DNA from: a virus
Strand: one strand, 5' to 3'
IMG/VR virus record: IMGVR_UViG_3300020581_000010
Span: 11,253 to 75,252 of that record
DNA length: 64,000 nt
Part shown: piece after piece, positions 8,401 to 15,645 of the stretch
Position numbering within the stretch: position 1 is the first letter of the stretch
Layout: each line of letters opens with the position of its first letter
Translations under genes and position numbers: made by a program
The notes under the pieces: generated by a model
What the model was told of the DNA's origin: nothing
The model's input: only the letters and a program-made list of their open reading frames with translations
Databases searched by the model: none

Positions 8401-10154
8401 TGCAGCAACGCACGTGGGGCGGGTTCTCTCTCTGGTTCAGGCGTGCCTAGCGGCCTGTCCCCTGCTTCGCGTGCCCGCTCGTCTTCCTGACGCTGCCGCT
8501 GCTCTTGGAACTTCCTTTCGGCCTCCGGGTCTTCCTTGACGGGATTGAGTTCCAGCCGACGCCTGCCGAGTTCGTTGTTCACGATGTCGCGTGCGGTCAG
8601 GACGACGTTCTGGTCCTTATCGTTGCCGTACCACCCCTCGACGCCTAACTCCCTGCCGGCCTTCTGGAGGGCGTCTCCCGACAGTCCCCTGAGAGCGGCT
8701 TGCACCTTGACCTGCAACTCGCGGATGGTGCCGCTTATCAGCCCTTCCTCCGTCCCCTTGTTAGCTGAGAGTATGCCCCGCACGTCCTCCGCGACGCCGG
8801 GGACGGTCTTGGTCGGTGCCGCTGGCTTCTCGCCTTGTGGTTGCCCGCTGTGCCGCCACAGCTTGCCGCCTCGCGGTCCCTCTCCAGCGAATTCCCATCC
8901 TTCGCCGGGGGATTCGGGCTGGTGCCTCACTTCGTCCTTGAGTGTGAAGGACTTCGCCGTGATACCTTCGCTCCCTTGCTCCCACTCCGCGAGCAAGTCC
9001 TTGACTAGCTGCTCGGCCAACTCGTTGATCTGTGCGTCCGTCAGTCGGTCGAATCCCTTGGTAGACATCGACTCGCGGGCACGCTTGTAGACTTCGGCGA
9101 TCACGATGAACGGGACGGCCGTCAGTGCAGTTTGACCAGGCACCCATACGGGCACGCCGAACGCTGCACCTACTCCGGTCACTCCCCACGACAGGATGTT
9201 AGCCGCCCCGAAGATTCCGAGAGCTTGGCGACGACCATAACGAGCCTCCAGCCTCTTGAACATGCCAGCCGATACTGACCGCATCTTGCGTCCTGCCGCA
9301 CCGGCCGCACGCATGGTCTTCTTGCCGCCCTCGACTATCTTCGCGGCGATGTCGTCCGCGTGGTGCATAGCGTTGCGGATGCGTGGAGAGCGGCGGATAG
9401 CTGACGCCATGCTCCACTGGTGCTTGCCGTTGCTCTTGGGTTGTTTGCCGGGGGACCAGATTTTCCCGCCGCGTGGTCCTTCGCTCACGAGGTGCCAGTT
9501 GTCGCCCGGCGGCTTGGGTCCGTGGTACTCGGCAGACTTCGCGGTGAAGGATTTTGCAGTCTTCCGCTGTCTCTTTACGGCAGTCCACTTGCCCCACTCG
9601 TTGTTCCACGCGAGTTGGAACTTACTCCCGTCGTCCGCCATCTCCTTGTTAGCGACCGCGATGTCTTCGGCAGTGTAGTCCCTGAATTCAGGGTCGTTGA
9701 ATGTCTGGACATAGGATGCCGAGATGGTGTCACCTACCATCTTGCGGGCCTGCTCAAAGTATTCACGGTCGCCCATGTCGGGCTTTCCCGTCAGAGGGTT
9801 CGTGACCAGCACTGACCGTTCGCCGACGAGACTTCCGAGGTCTCGCAAGTGCATCGCGTTCCAGCCACCCTTGCCATCGGGAACAAGGCGGAATTTGCTG
9901 CCGTCGTCGCGGAGTTTCTGGTTCGCCTCGCGGGCGTCCTTAGCTGTTGCCATCGGGTTCTTGCGGAAGGATTCGACAGCAGCATTAACCGGATCATCTG
10001 CGGGTGGCTTTTTGAGCGTCGGCTCGCCGCCGGGGATAGAATCTGTCCGTTTCCAAATCTTGCCGCCCTTCGGTCCTTCCCCAGACAATACCCATCCCTC
10101 ACCAGGCGGGGTCGGCCCGTGATACTCGGCAGCTTTTTCGATAGTTGCGAGCAC
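5436..10154 (-). CDS. Large modular head-associated polyprotein with five repeated tags and a C-terminal ADP-ribosyltransferase domain
   Basis: Five ~28-aa repeats; C-terminal LYRG / LSSFSTS / EAE (R-S-E) motifs; between protease and MCP. Confidence 0.8.
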   Translation of the reverse strand: MLATIEKAAEYHGPTPPGEGWVLSGEGPKGGKIWKRTDSIPGGEPTLKKPPADDPVNAAVESFRKNPMATAKDAREANQKLRDDGSKFRLVPDGKGGWNAMHLRDLGSLVGERSVLVTNPLTGKPDMGDREYFEQARKMVGDTISASYVQTFNDPEFRDYTAEDIAVANKEMADDGSKFQLAWNNEWGKWTAVKRQRKTAKSFTAKSAEYHGPKPPGDNWHLVSEGPRGGKIWSPGKQPKSNGKHQWSMASAIRRSPRIRNAMHHADDIAAKIVEGGKKTMRAAGAAGRKMRSVSAGMFKRLEARYGRRQALGIFGAANILSWGVTGVGAAFGVPVWVPGQTALTAVPFIVIAEVYKRARESMSTKGFDRLTDAQINELAEQLVKDLLAEWEQGSEGITAKSFTLKDEVRHQPESPGEGWEFAGEGPRGGKLWRHSGQPQGEKPAAPTKTVPGVAEDVRGILSANKGTEEGLISGTIRELQVKVQAALRGLSGDALQKAGRELGVEGWYGNDKDQNVVLTARDIVNNELGRRRLELNPVKEDPEAERKFQEQRQRQEDERAREAGDRPLGTPEPEREPAPRALLHTHPNAAKYGGGGPRVPLPEPPQDPESNLYERERQVPTGTPEEQAREQEHPPPVKPWLKSPHQIGLSVNPDKPNVLMRGNVRVATYDHPPTQREIDIQAEKISAYEAVKEGIPVPDAILNKYPHLRQRHDWQKAPLRRNDSPVPFAIDHADALRNKLAARPSQVTDHDIDGIVKSSEGLSHGEFNQFAKRLGVTLRESNPHSWGSNQVANTSLNRDLLQKALKAKRDKAVAERQQAAMPGTAKTPEPTAVPPLPQTSSVTPKPRPVSTHINNVRAGNDVKDPKTGEFAKVTQRERKQNTIILHLSNGSTISMDSRKPVEVRKGWKAAEYHGPNPPGEGWVQTGEGPKGGKIWQHQGEPESGPAEHSGEKKQSQGQPHDAESLGRSIVGAFAASDVHGDGLARTDHLYAELKRKIAPDMKPTEFKSLLISLANQKQIELKVWNEVRNMSDVHREMSPSDKENTYGTVMIGRGANAESIGKAAAEFMGRNGIGTKREEFNPFGEGYDKHGNKIAQKEPEPSPQREQPPAPRKLPETWTALHDFIKYDMKKGEPDADVHAQIVKLLDTQPKGVREKLAKDVGVSDWRDKDSVAARILKRDKGAFRGTESSNKSAAGFTLKAEEYHGPTPPGEGWTYSGEGPKGGKIWTRQQGKGGEKEEASEKKKAEGSPDTNASFLQSLKEQSSNGGMNRIMGEWFKKFARDEGDHESTVDAKGNIEATHGMRAHAKANLTQQIAEILSKKYAGTPVEAEAEALVEEYNEEHWEDVVDEEDALKGAVAVLVNNWAESSNDHNALSRAIQGGAKEFFNVKDSFNYVGPSGSKKEIALQDKTEEMREKYSGIIHAYLEATYENTQEFFKKAGIKELVLYRGMKLEGGKIEEKWTSQDGAETALQPLSSFSTSFDTAHYFADSSRNNSKKNCMMIAVRVPIERVFSTALTGAGCLTEAECVVLGGKIKCNTAAWTHIAPKIDLATNTFAGSQSGGPTYEQFHK
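6471..10135 (-). repeat. Five dispersed copies of an ~85-nt (28-aa) coding repeat
   Basis: Copies at about 10050-10135, 9456-9540, 8855-8940, 7345-7430 and 6471-6555; consensus K-[AS]-x-EYHGP-x-PPGEGW-xxx-GEGP[KR]GGKIW. Confidence 0.92.
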
Positions 10155-10155
10155 G

Positions 10156-11784
10156 TTACACCGTCAGACTGGATTCAGCTTCGGTGAGAAAATCCGCCGC
10201 CTTCGCCGTGATTGCTTCGTGTACCTTCCCCTTGCCGTCGTCACGTACCACGTCACCCTCTTTGTTACCGTGGTTCACCCCGCAACCCGCGAGCGTTGAC
10301 CTTGCCCACACGTAGAGCCGGTGCTGGCGGTAGGGGGTAACGAGCGTCTGCCGTCCGTCGTCCGCGACGTGCAGGAAGTGGTGGTGTTTCTTCTCGGCGT
10401 CGGTCAGTTCCAACGCCCCTTCAAGTGCGACCGTCGCGGGTTTCTGCTCCTTGCTGGTGATGGACTTCTCTTGCTTGGGAAGTTCCGCGATGTTGGCGGT
10501 CAGCGGGTAGGTGAGGACTTCGTTGCCGTCCCACTTCGCGGGCTTCGTCTTGTCCCACGGGTAGGGGAACGAGAACTTGCCGGCAGCGGTCTGGATGTCC
10601 AAGACCCCAGCTTTCTTGTCGCGGCTGACGACTTGGATTTCCTGCGGCTGGAGGGACGTGTTGCCGCCCATCCACAGTTGCAAATTGTCGTAGTCCCAGT
10701 TCTCGCGGGGTCGGACAACGAGAACCACCTTGTCTCCGAAGTGTCCGCAATACTCGGCCTGCATGTCGTCCGGCAGTCCGTCAATGGAGAACTGTCCCGC
10801 GATGTTCACTTGGGGGATGCTGTTGCGTGGGACGCCGTTGCGGGCACGCGGCATGTCTCCGGAGGGGCCGGCAGCTCCCATGCTGCGGTCGAGGGAGTCG
10901 CGTGCGAGGTCGATGGTGCGGTTCGGGTTCGATGGTTCCATTGGGATGCTCTTTTGGGTGATACCTGGGACTGAGACGGATACGGGGCGGTTCAGGTGGT
11001 AGCCGAGCTGCTCGAAGGACTTTCGGATCACGGGGTCGAGCGGGTCGCCCTCAAGTTTCTTGCGGCCCAGCAGAGTCAGCACGGCGTCAGGGTTCATGCC
11101 TGCCGGAACCCACGATCCCTCGACCATCGCACATCGCTCGATGAACCGGCCCGGCTTCGGCAGCCCGGCGTCCGGTTCGGGCGGCAGCTTGCGGACGATC
11201 AAGTCCTTGAAGGCGATGCTGTTCGCCCTGAGTACGCGGGCCTTGACCAGCGAGTAGCACTGCACGGCGAACGCGGTCTTGTTGTGGAAAAAAGTCTTCT
11301 GCGTGATGACCTGGGAATCGACATCCTTCCAGACGCAGTACTTGCCGTCCGGCGATTCGCTGACCCCCACTGGGAACGGGGACCACTTGCCGTGGTCGTA
11401 CAGGATGATCGGGTTACTCTGATGTTCGGTGGTGACGACCCCGCCAACGTCTACCACGTCGCCCACCCAATCGCGGCGGTTCGTGCAGAGGATGCCGATG
11501 GCGGACATCTCCCCGTCGTCGGTGGACACGTCCATGAGGTCGCTGTTGAGGCTGACCAGCCCGTCTACTTCCGACTCTTCGGAGGTGTTGTAGAGCTTGT
11601 AGGTGTAGGCCTTGACCGACTGAACGTCGTGGCACCCGCAGGCCGACTTGGCGGTGACGGAGGCGAGTCCCCATAACTGGTTGCACAGGGCTGTGCGGTC
11701 CTCTGCCGACAGTCCAGCGAGTTCAGGATGCAATTGGCACCTCGACAAAAACTGGTGCGGAGTCTCATCGGGCAATCGCTGCAT
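10156..11784 (-). CDS. Prohead (maturation) protease, HK97/U35-like, with long C-terminal extension
   Basis: RDWVGDVV..GG, NPIILYDHG, LRANSIAF, EGSWVPAGMNPDA motifs; N-terminal P.ET..QF.SRC. Confidence 0.85.
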   Translation of the reverse strand: MQRLPDETPHQFLSRCQLHPELAGLSAEDRTALCNQLWGLASVTAKSACGCHDVQSVKAYTYKLYNTSEESEVDGLVSLNSDLMDVSTDDGEMSAIGILCTNRRDWVGDVVDVGGVVTTEHQSNPIILYDHGKWSPFPVGVSESPDGKYCVWKDVDSQVITQKTFFHNKTAFAVQCYSLVKARVLRANSIAFKDLIVRKLPPEPDAGLPKPGRFIERCAMVEGSWVPAGMNPDAVLTLLGRKKLEGDPLDPVIRKSFEQLGYHLNRPVSVSVPGITQKSIPMEPSNPNRTIDLARDSLDRSMGAAGPSGDMPRARNGVPRNSIPQVNIAGQFSIDGLPDDMQAEYCGHFGDKVVLVVRPRENWDYDNLQLWMGGNTSLQPQEIQVVSRDKKAGVLDIQTAAGKFSFPYPWDKTKPAKWDGNEVLTYPLTANIAELPKQEKSITSKEQKPATVALEGALELTDAEKKHHHFLHVADDGRQTLVTPYRQHRLYVWARSTLAGCGVNHGNKEGDVVRDDGKGKVHEAITAKAADFLTEAESSLTV

Positions 11785-12001
11785 GTCGCCTCCGCTGTGG
11801 AAAGATGCAATCGGCGAAATGATCGGCAGACACGCCTAGGGCCTTGGCTATTCTCAGTCCGATTGACAGGCTCGGGGCCTTGCTCCCCATTTCGAGGTAG
11901 CACAGGTGCGAGCGGGAGCAGCCTGCCAGCCGTGCGAGGTCTTTCTGCTGGAGGCCACGGTCTTCGCGTAACTTGCGGAGTTTCGCACAATAGGCAATCA
12001 T
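11765..12001 (-). CDS. XRE-family HTH regulator
   Basis: KLRKLREDRGLQQKDLARLAGCSRSHLCYLEMG..PSL...IAKALGV. Confidence 0.85.
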   Translation of the reverse strand: MIAYCAKLRKLREDRGLQQKDLARLAGCSRSHLCYLEMGSKAPSLSIGLRIAKALGVSADHFADCIFPQRRRHAAIAR

Positions 12002-12103
12002 TCCCGAAGCCTATCGCAAACGGCAGCGGAATTCCAGCATGATCAGAAGATAGCCAACACTAACATAACTTTGACAATTCCGCAAGAATCCTTGTGGGCA
12101 CGC

Positions 12104-12132
12104 TTGACTATATGGACAACCTAGTCTATATT
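12104..12132 (+). promoter_or_regulatory. Sigma70-type promoter
   Basis: TTGACT-17 bp-TATATT upstream of the plus-strand island. Confidence 0.7.
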
Positions 12133-12177
12133 TGAGTGTGTGAGGGGAACGATACTCAAACGCGAAGGGGATGGACG

Positions 12178-12411
12178 ATGCAAACGCTGATGCCACCAAT
12201 CGGAACTTCTGTTCAATGCTGGTTCGGGTCGCACACCTATCGCGGCGTGGTCAGCAAGAATGGGAAGGTCGCACCGCATGTCAGATTCAAACTCAAGAAT
12301 GGACGTGTAATCGAAGGCAGGGCGACAATTTTACCTCACGGTGCTGCGACCGGAGTTGCCTACCGTGGCTATTTGGCCCAAATGTATCATCCGACCTCTT
12401 ACGGAAAGTAG
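12178..12411 (+). CDS. Hypothetical protein
   Basis: ATG after AAGGGG; first gene after the promoter. Confidence 0.55.
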   Translation: MQTLMPPIGTSVQCWFGSHTYRGVVSKNGKVAPHVRFKLKNGRVIEGRATILPHGAATGVAYRGYLAQMYHPTSYGK

Positions 12412-12417
12412 AACCCA

Positions 12418-12633
12418 ATGCCCGAATCCATCGGCCAGCGTCTCAAGCGACTGCGGCTCGCGTCCAAGCTGAGTCAGGCTAAGGTGGCCAAGGCGTCCGG
12501 CCTGTGCCTCAAGACCCTGTGCCGCATCGAACGAGATGAGAACGTCCCCACCATCTACTCGGCACGAGCGATTGCTGGGGTGCTGGGGATCGGACTTGAG
12601 GAATTTGTTGGAGAGCGTGAACTGGTGCAGTAG
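12418..12633 (+). CDS. XRE-family HTH regulator
   Basis: IGQRLKRLRLASKLSQAKVAKASGL...RIERDENVP. Confidence 0.85.
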   Translation: MPESIGQRLKRLRLASKLSQAKVAKASGLCLKTLCRIERDENVPTIYSARAIAGVLGIGLEEFVGERELVQ

Positions 12634-12647
12634 TCAGGAGTCTACCC

Positions 12648-13349
12648 ATGATCGCTATCGAACGCCGTCGCAACATGAAAGCCGAGAGCTGTAGGGCTTG
12701 CGGGAAATTCTGCGAAGCTGGCGATGGATTCCTTTACAGGGACACCCATACGCATCGTCGCAATCGCTACACCGGACGCTTTCTTTGGTTCGTCAAGTGC
12801 GTGGATTGCCATGAAGGCAACAAGACCAAGGGAATCGTTGCGGCCGAAAAATATGCGGCCGCTCACGCGAGCGACCCGGTCGTTCGTCCGTGGTCATTGT
12901 CCCAAGTTAGGAAGTGGAGCGTGGAGCGAATTGAACACAAAGACGATGTTGCCATACGAATTGAATCAGCGACTTTTGCCGGGATCATCAGCTATCGGGA
13001 CCGGATCAACAGCAGCTTTCGTGCCCCGACTGGCTACGCGATGGAGCAATACGAATTCGCTGGAAAGCCTCTTTCCCGCAATGCGGCTGACGAGTTGACG
13101 AATCGCGTCCTTCCGATCATCAACGCGGTCAACAGTGAGGAGCGGGCGTCCGGAGAAATCGCCGCCGCGAAACTGGTTGCTGCTGGTGCCGTAGTTTCCA
13201 AGCATTGCTGCGGATTTTGCTGGAACGTCGAATTCAAGGGCGGAAGATTTACCCTTTGGGGGTGCGTCAACGGCAACAACAAAATGTCTGGGATCATCAA
13301 CGGCAAATGGGTCGAAACGACGGCCGAAAATCTGATTAGGGTTGAATAG
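12648..13349 (+). CDS. Hypothetical protein with N-terminal Zn-binding motif
   Basis: AGGAG RBS; CRACG...CVDC. Confidence 0.65.
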   Translation: MIAIERRRNMKAESCRACGKFCEAGDGFLYRDTHTHRRNRYTGRFLWFVKCVDCHEGNKTKGIVAAEKYAAAHASDPVVRPWSLSQVRKWSVERIEHKDDVAIRIESATFAGIISYRDRINSSFRAPTGYAMEQYEFAGKPLSRNAADELTNRVLPIINAVNSEERASGEIAAAKLVAAGAVVSKHCCGFCWNVEFKGGRFTLWGCVNGNNKMSGIINGKWVETTAENLIRVE

Positions 13350-13362
13350 TCCGGTCACTTAA

Positions 13363-13404
13363 ACAAAACAGCCCCCGGTTTATCCGCCAAGACTCACCGG
13401 GGGC
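13363..13404 (-). terminator. Hairpin/terminator
   Basis: GCCCCCGGT...ACCGGGGGC stem followed by TGTTTTGTTT on the minus strand. Confidence 0.5.
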
Positions 13405-13423
13405 CTAACAGGAGTGTCACGAG

Positions 13424-13591
13424 ATGTCATTATGCAAGCACAACTACTCCGAAGCAATCGAAAACCAGCCTGCCGATGAAACTGTCGACGCCGAGTGGCA
13501 AGCGTTCCAGCAGCAGCAGGCGGAAGAGATGTTCGCGGACGCGGCGTATGTCGAGGAGATGGAACGGCACTTTAACAAGATTGGATGGTGA
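13424..13591 (+). CDS. Small acidic hypothetical protein (55 aa, not in ORF track)
   Basis: AGGAG RBS; MSLCKHNYSEAIENQPADETVDAEWQAFQQQQAEEMF... Confidence 0.55.
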   Translation: MSLCKHNYSEAIENQPADETVDAEWQAFQQQQAEEMFADAAYVEEMERHFNKIGW

Positions 13592-13594
13592 ACC

Positions 13595-13981
13595 GTGGCC
13601 GAACGAAACCCGATGCAACCGATTGTCGTGAGCAATGACGTTGTTCGCTTCAAGGCAAACCGGATCGTGCGGAAGTTGTTGGATGTCGCAACCAGAGCCG
13701 GCGTATACGACCTGAACCACATCGCGGCGGACAGGGAGTTCTCGCAAGACGACCGGGCTCAATTCGCCCAGCTGATCGGCTACAGTGTGACCGGCTACCA
13801 CGAACTTAGTCACATCAGCGACCAACATTGCAAGGAAGCGACTGACGCCGCACAAGCTAAATGGCCCGGCTTCAAGGCGTGCCGAGACATGGGGTGCAAA
13901 ATCCACTGCGGCGTTGAACTTGAGGTCCGTGGAAGCGTGATTGAGCCATCGAAAATGTTACTCGGCGAATGCGACGATTGA
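13595..13981 (+). CDS. Hypothetical phage protein
   Basis: 128 aa, contiguous with upstream ORF; RFKAN.IV..LLD...DLN...QFAQLIGYSV.GY.EL. Confidence 0.65.
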   Translation: MAERNPMQPIVVSNDVVRFKANRIVRKLLDVATRAGVYDLNHIAADREFSQDDRAQFAQLIGYSVTGYHELSHISDQHCKEATDAAQAKWPGFKACRDMGCKIHCGVELEVRGSVIEPSKMLLGECDD

Positions 13982-13986
13982 TCCCG

Positions 13987-14148
13987 TCACTTCTTCTTCG
14001 GCGGTGGCGGGTTCTTCCCGCCGCCTGCCGAACGTCTCGCCTGACTGTACGCGATGGCTGCCGCGACATCCGGCCTTTTCCCAGCCGCGATTTCACGTCT
14101 GATGTTCTCGCTGATCGTGTCCCTGCTCTTGCCAGGTTTCAATGGCAT
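13987..14148 (-). CDS. Small basic phage protein (MPLK-G-S...ISENI...AAAIAY type, 53 aa, not in ORF track)
   Basis: MPLKPGKSRDTISENIRREIAAGKRPDVAAAIAYSQARR...; GAGG RBS; resembles a common small head-region family. Confidence 0.7.
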   Translation of the reverse strand: MPLKPGKSRDTISENIRREIAAGKRPDVAAAIAYSQARRSAGGGKNPPPPKKK

Positions 14149-14157
14149 GGCCTCACC

Positions 14158-14376
14158 TCACAGTTTGATACCCCGTTCGTTCACCAGCATGGTAAACAAC
14201 TCTTGAGCCACGGCGGACGACTCCAGCCCCTCCACCTTCGCCAGCACTTCGTCGGCCGTGAGTGAGCCTCCCCACACCGCGTTGACTCCCCTGATGAAAG
14301 AGGCGGTCCCCTTGGACATGGCGGCGATGTCGCCTTCGGATTGGGTGGCCGGAACGGGTGCGACTGCTAACGGCAT
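14158..14376 (-). CDS. Hypothetical protein
   Basis: GGAG RBS; 72 aa. Confidence 0.5.
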   Translation of the reverse strand: MPLAVAPVPATQSEGDIAAMSKGTASFIRGVNAVWGGSLTADEVLAKVEGLESSAVAQELFTMLVNERGIKL

Positions 14377-14432
14377 GGGGACTCCAGAAAAATTCGGTTC
14401 GCTATTGACACGTCTGCGGCTATTCTAGCGGT

Positions 14433-14900
14433 ATGGACGCCACGGACGCAATAACCCTTTCAGACGAAGCCCTGCAATCGCTCACGACGAACTACCGCGA
14501 CCACCACGCGGGGCCGTACCATGACCGCGAAATGGCGTGGGTGCTGCTCGGCACAGGGCATCACGTCGTGAGGGCGTTCCCAGACTGGTCATACCAGAGC
14601 GAAAAGACGCGGTTCAAGTTCGGGAAGACGGTCGGGACTGCCATTGCCAAGCTGATCGCTGATGATCCGGCGAGGTGCGTTCTCGGCACGGTCCACACCC
14701 ACCCGCGAGGGCCGAACATCCTCAGCCCGTTCGACCAACGCGAGTGCGGCGAGTGGGTGGCACGACAGGAGATGTTTGAAGGACTGTTCGGGATCGTGTC
14801 CCGCGTGCAGGGCGGCATAGCGATAGGCGGTGGGGCGTGGTGTCAGTTCTTTTGGGTCAACCGGGTCGGCTACTTCCGGCCTGCGGAGGTCCGCTCATGA
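14433..14900 (+). CDS. JAB/MPN+ (JAMM) metalloprotease
   Basis: Catalytic Glu (REMAWVLLG) plus HTHP-x5-S-xx-D (GTVHTHPRGPNILSPFD). Confidence 0.8.
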   Translation: MDATDAITLSDEALQSLTTNYRDHHAGPYHDREMAWVLLGTGHHVVRAFPDWSYQSEKTRFKFGKTVGTAIAKLIADDPARCVLGTVHTHPRGPNILSPFDQRECGEWVARQEMFEGLFGIVSRVQGGIAIGGGAWCQFFWVNRVGYFRPAEVRS

Positions 14901-15400
14901 GTCCCCGCCCTGACTTCGTGTCACCCGTCGAGGCGTCCGACATACTCGGCGTCAGCGTCATGGAAGTGAGGGACTTGGTCTCTTCGGGACTCATCGCCAG
15001 GGACGCCCGCTACGTCCGCCGCTTCAAGGTCTCTCTGTTCGGCCTGTACCGCTACGCCCGTGCGAACCACCTCTCCATCCAGTCGCCGTGGCCTCAGCTC
15101 TACCCCGTGCTCGCCGTGGGGTTCCCCGCAGCGTTCATCGAGCAGCTAGACGACGCGGTGGGCAGTGAGCAACTGAGGTTGTTCGACGCATCGGTGGTGA
15201 ACTTCCGCGAGGTGTTCGAGGAGCACGCCCCCTTAGCCGTGGTGGTTGACACCAGCGTCAGGGGGCTATCGTTGCAAGAGGCGAGGATGGTGGCGGCTCA
15301 ACTGGACTTCTGGCAGGCCGAGCCGGCGAGGACGGTGCGGACGGTCGGCGAAGTGATAAGCGACATGTACTCGCGGTGGCCTGGGAGCAATGGGGACTAG
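14897..15400 (+). CDS. Excisionase-type HTH fused to a degenerate receiver-like domain
   Basis: VSPVEASDILGVSVMEVRDLVSSGLI HTH; C-terminal VLAVG...EEHAPLAVVVD; ATGA overlap with JAB. Confidence 0.55.
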   Translation: MSPRPDFVSPVEASDILGVSVMEVRDLVSSGLIARDARYVRRFKVSLFGLYRYARANHLSIQSPWPQLYPVLAVGFPAAFIEQLDDAVGSEQLRLFDASVVNFREVFEEHAPLAVVVDTSVRGLSLQEARMVAAQLDFWQAEPARTVRTVGEVISDMYSRWPGSNGD

Positions 15401-15645
15401 TTGGCTTCGATTTGATCCTTCACGTCTTTGTCGATCATGGTCTTCAATCTCTCTTCGTGTTCTTTGTGCCCCTCTTTTTCTTTTTCGGAATACGGCCCGT
15501 GAGCCTCATCGTATTCCTTGACCTTGTCGTCGATGAACTTCTTGCAGTCCTTGCAAAACGCTAAGTGGTCGGCAAATGTCAGCCTCTCTGCGGACGACAT
15601 TTCTTCCGGCCATCGCAAATTCGATCGGAACTCTTCGCATGTCAT
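15397..15645 (-). CDS. zf-HC2 (anti-sigma-like zinc finger) protein
   Basis: MTCEEF...HLAFCKDC (C...HxxxCxxC). Confidence 0.7.
   Translation of the reverse strand: MTCEEFRSNLRWPEEMSSAERLTFADHLAFCKDCKKFIDDKVKEYDEAHGPYSEKEKEGHKEHEERLKTMIDKDVKDQIEAN

Noticed and set aside
6471-10135. Repeats as a CRISPR array or DGR template/variable repeats
   Set aside because: Copies are in-frame, synonymously diverged and 0.6-1.5 kb apart; no cas or reverse transcriptase gene was seen.
10152-10158. Read-through fusing protease and polyprotein
   Set aside because: The TAA stop and GTG start are in different frames with no slippery sequence; translational coupling is simpler.
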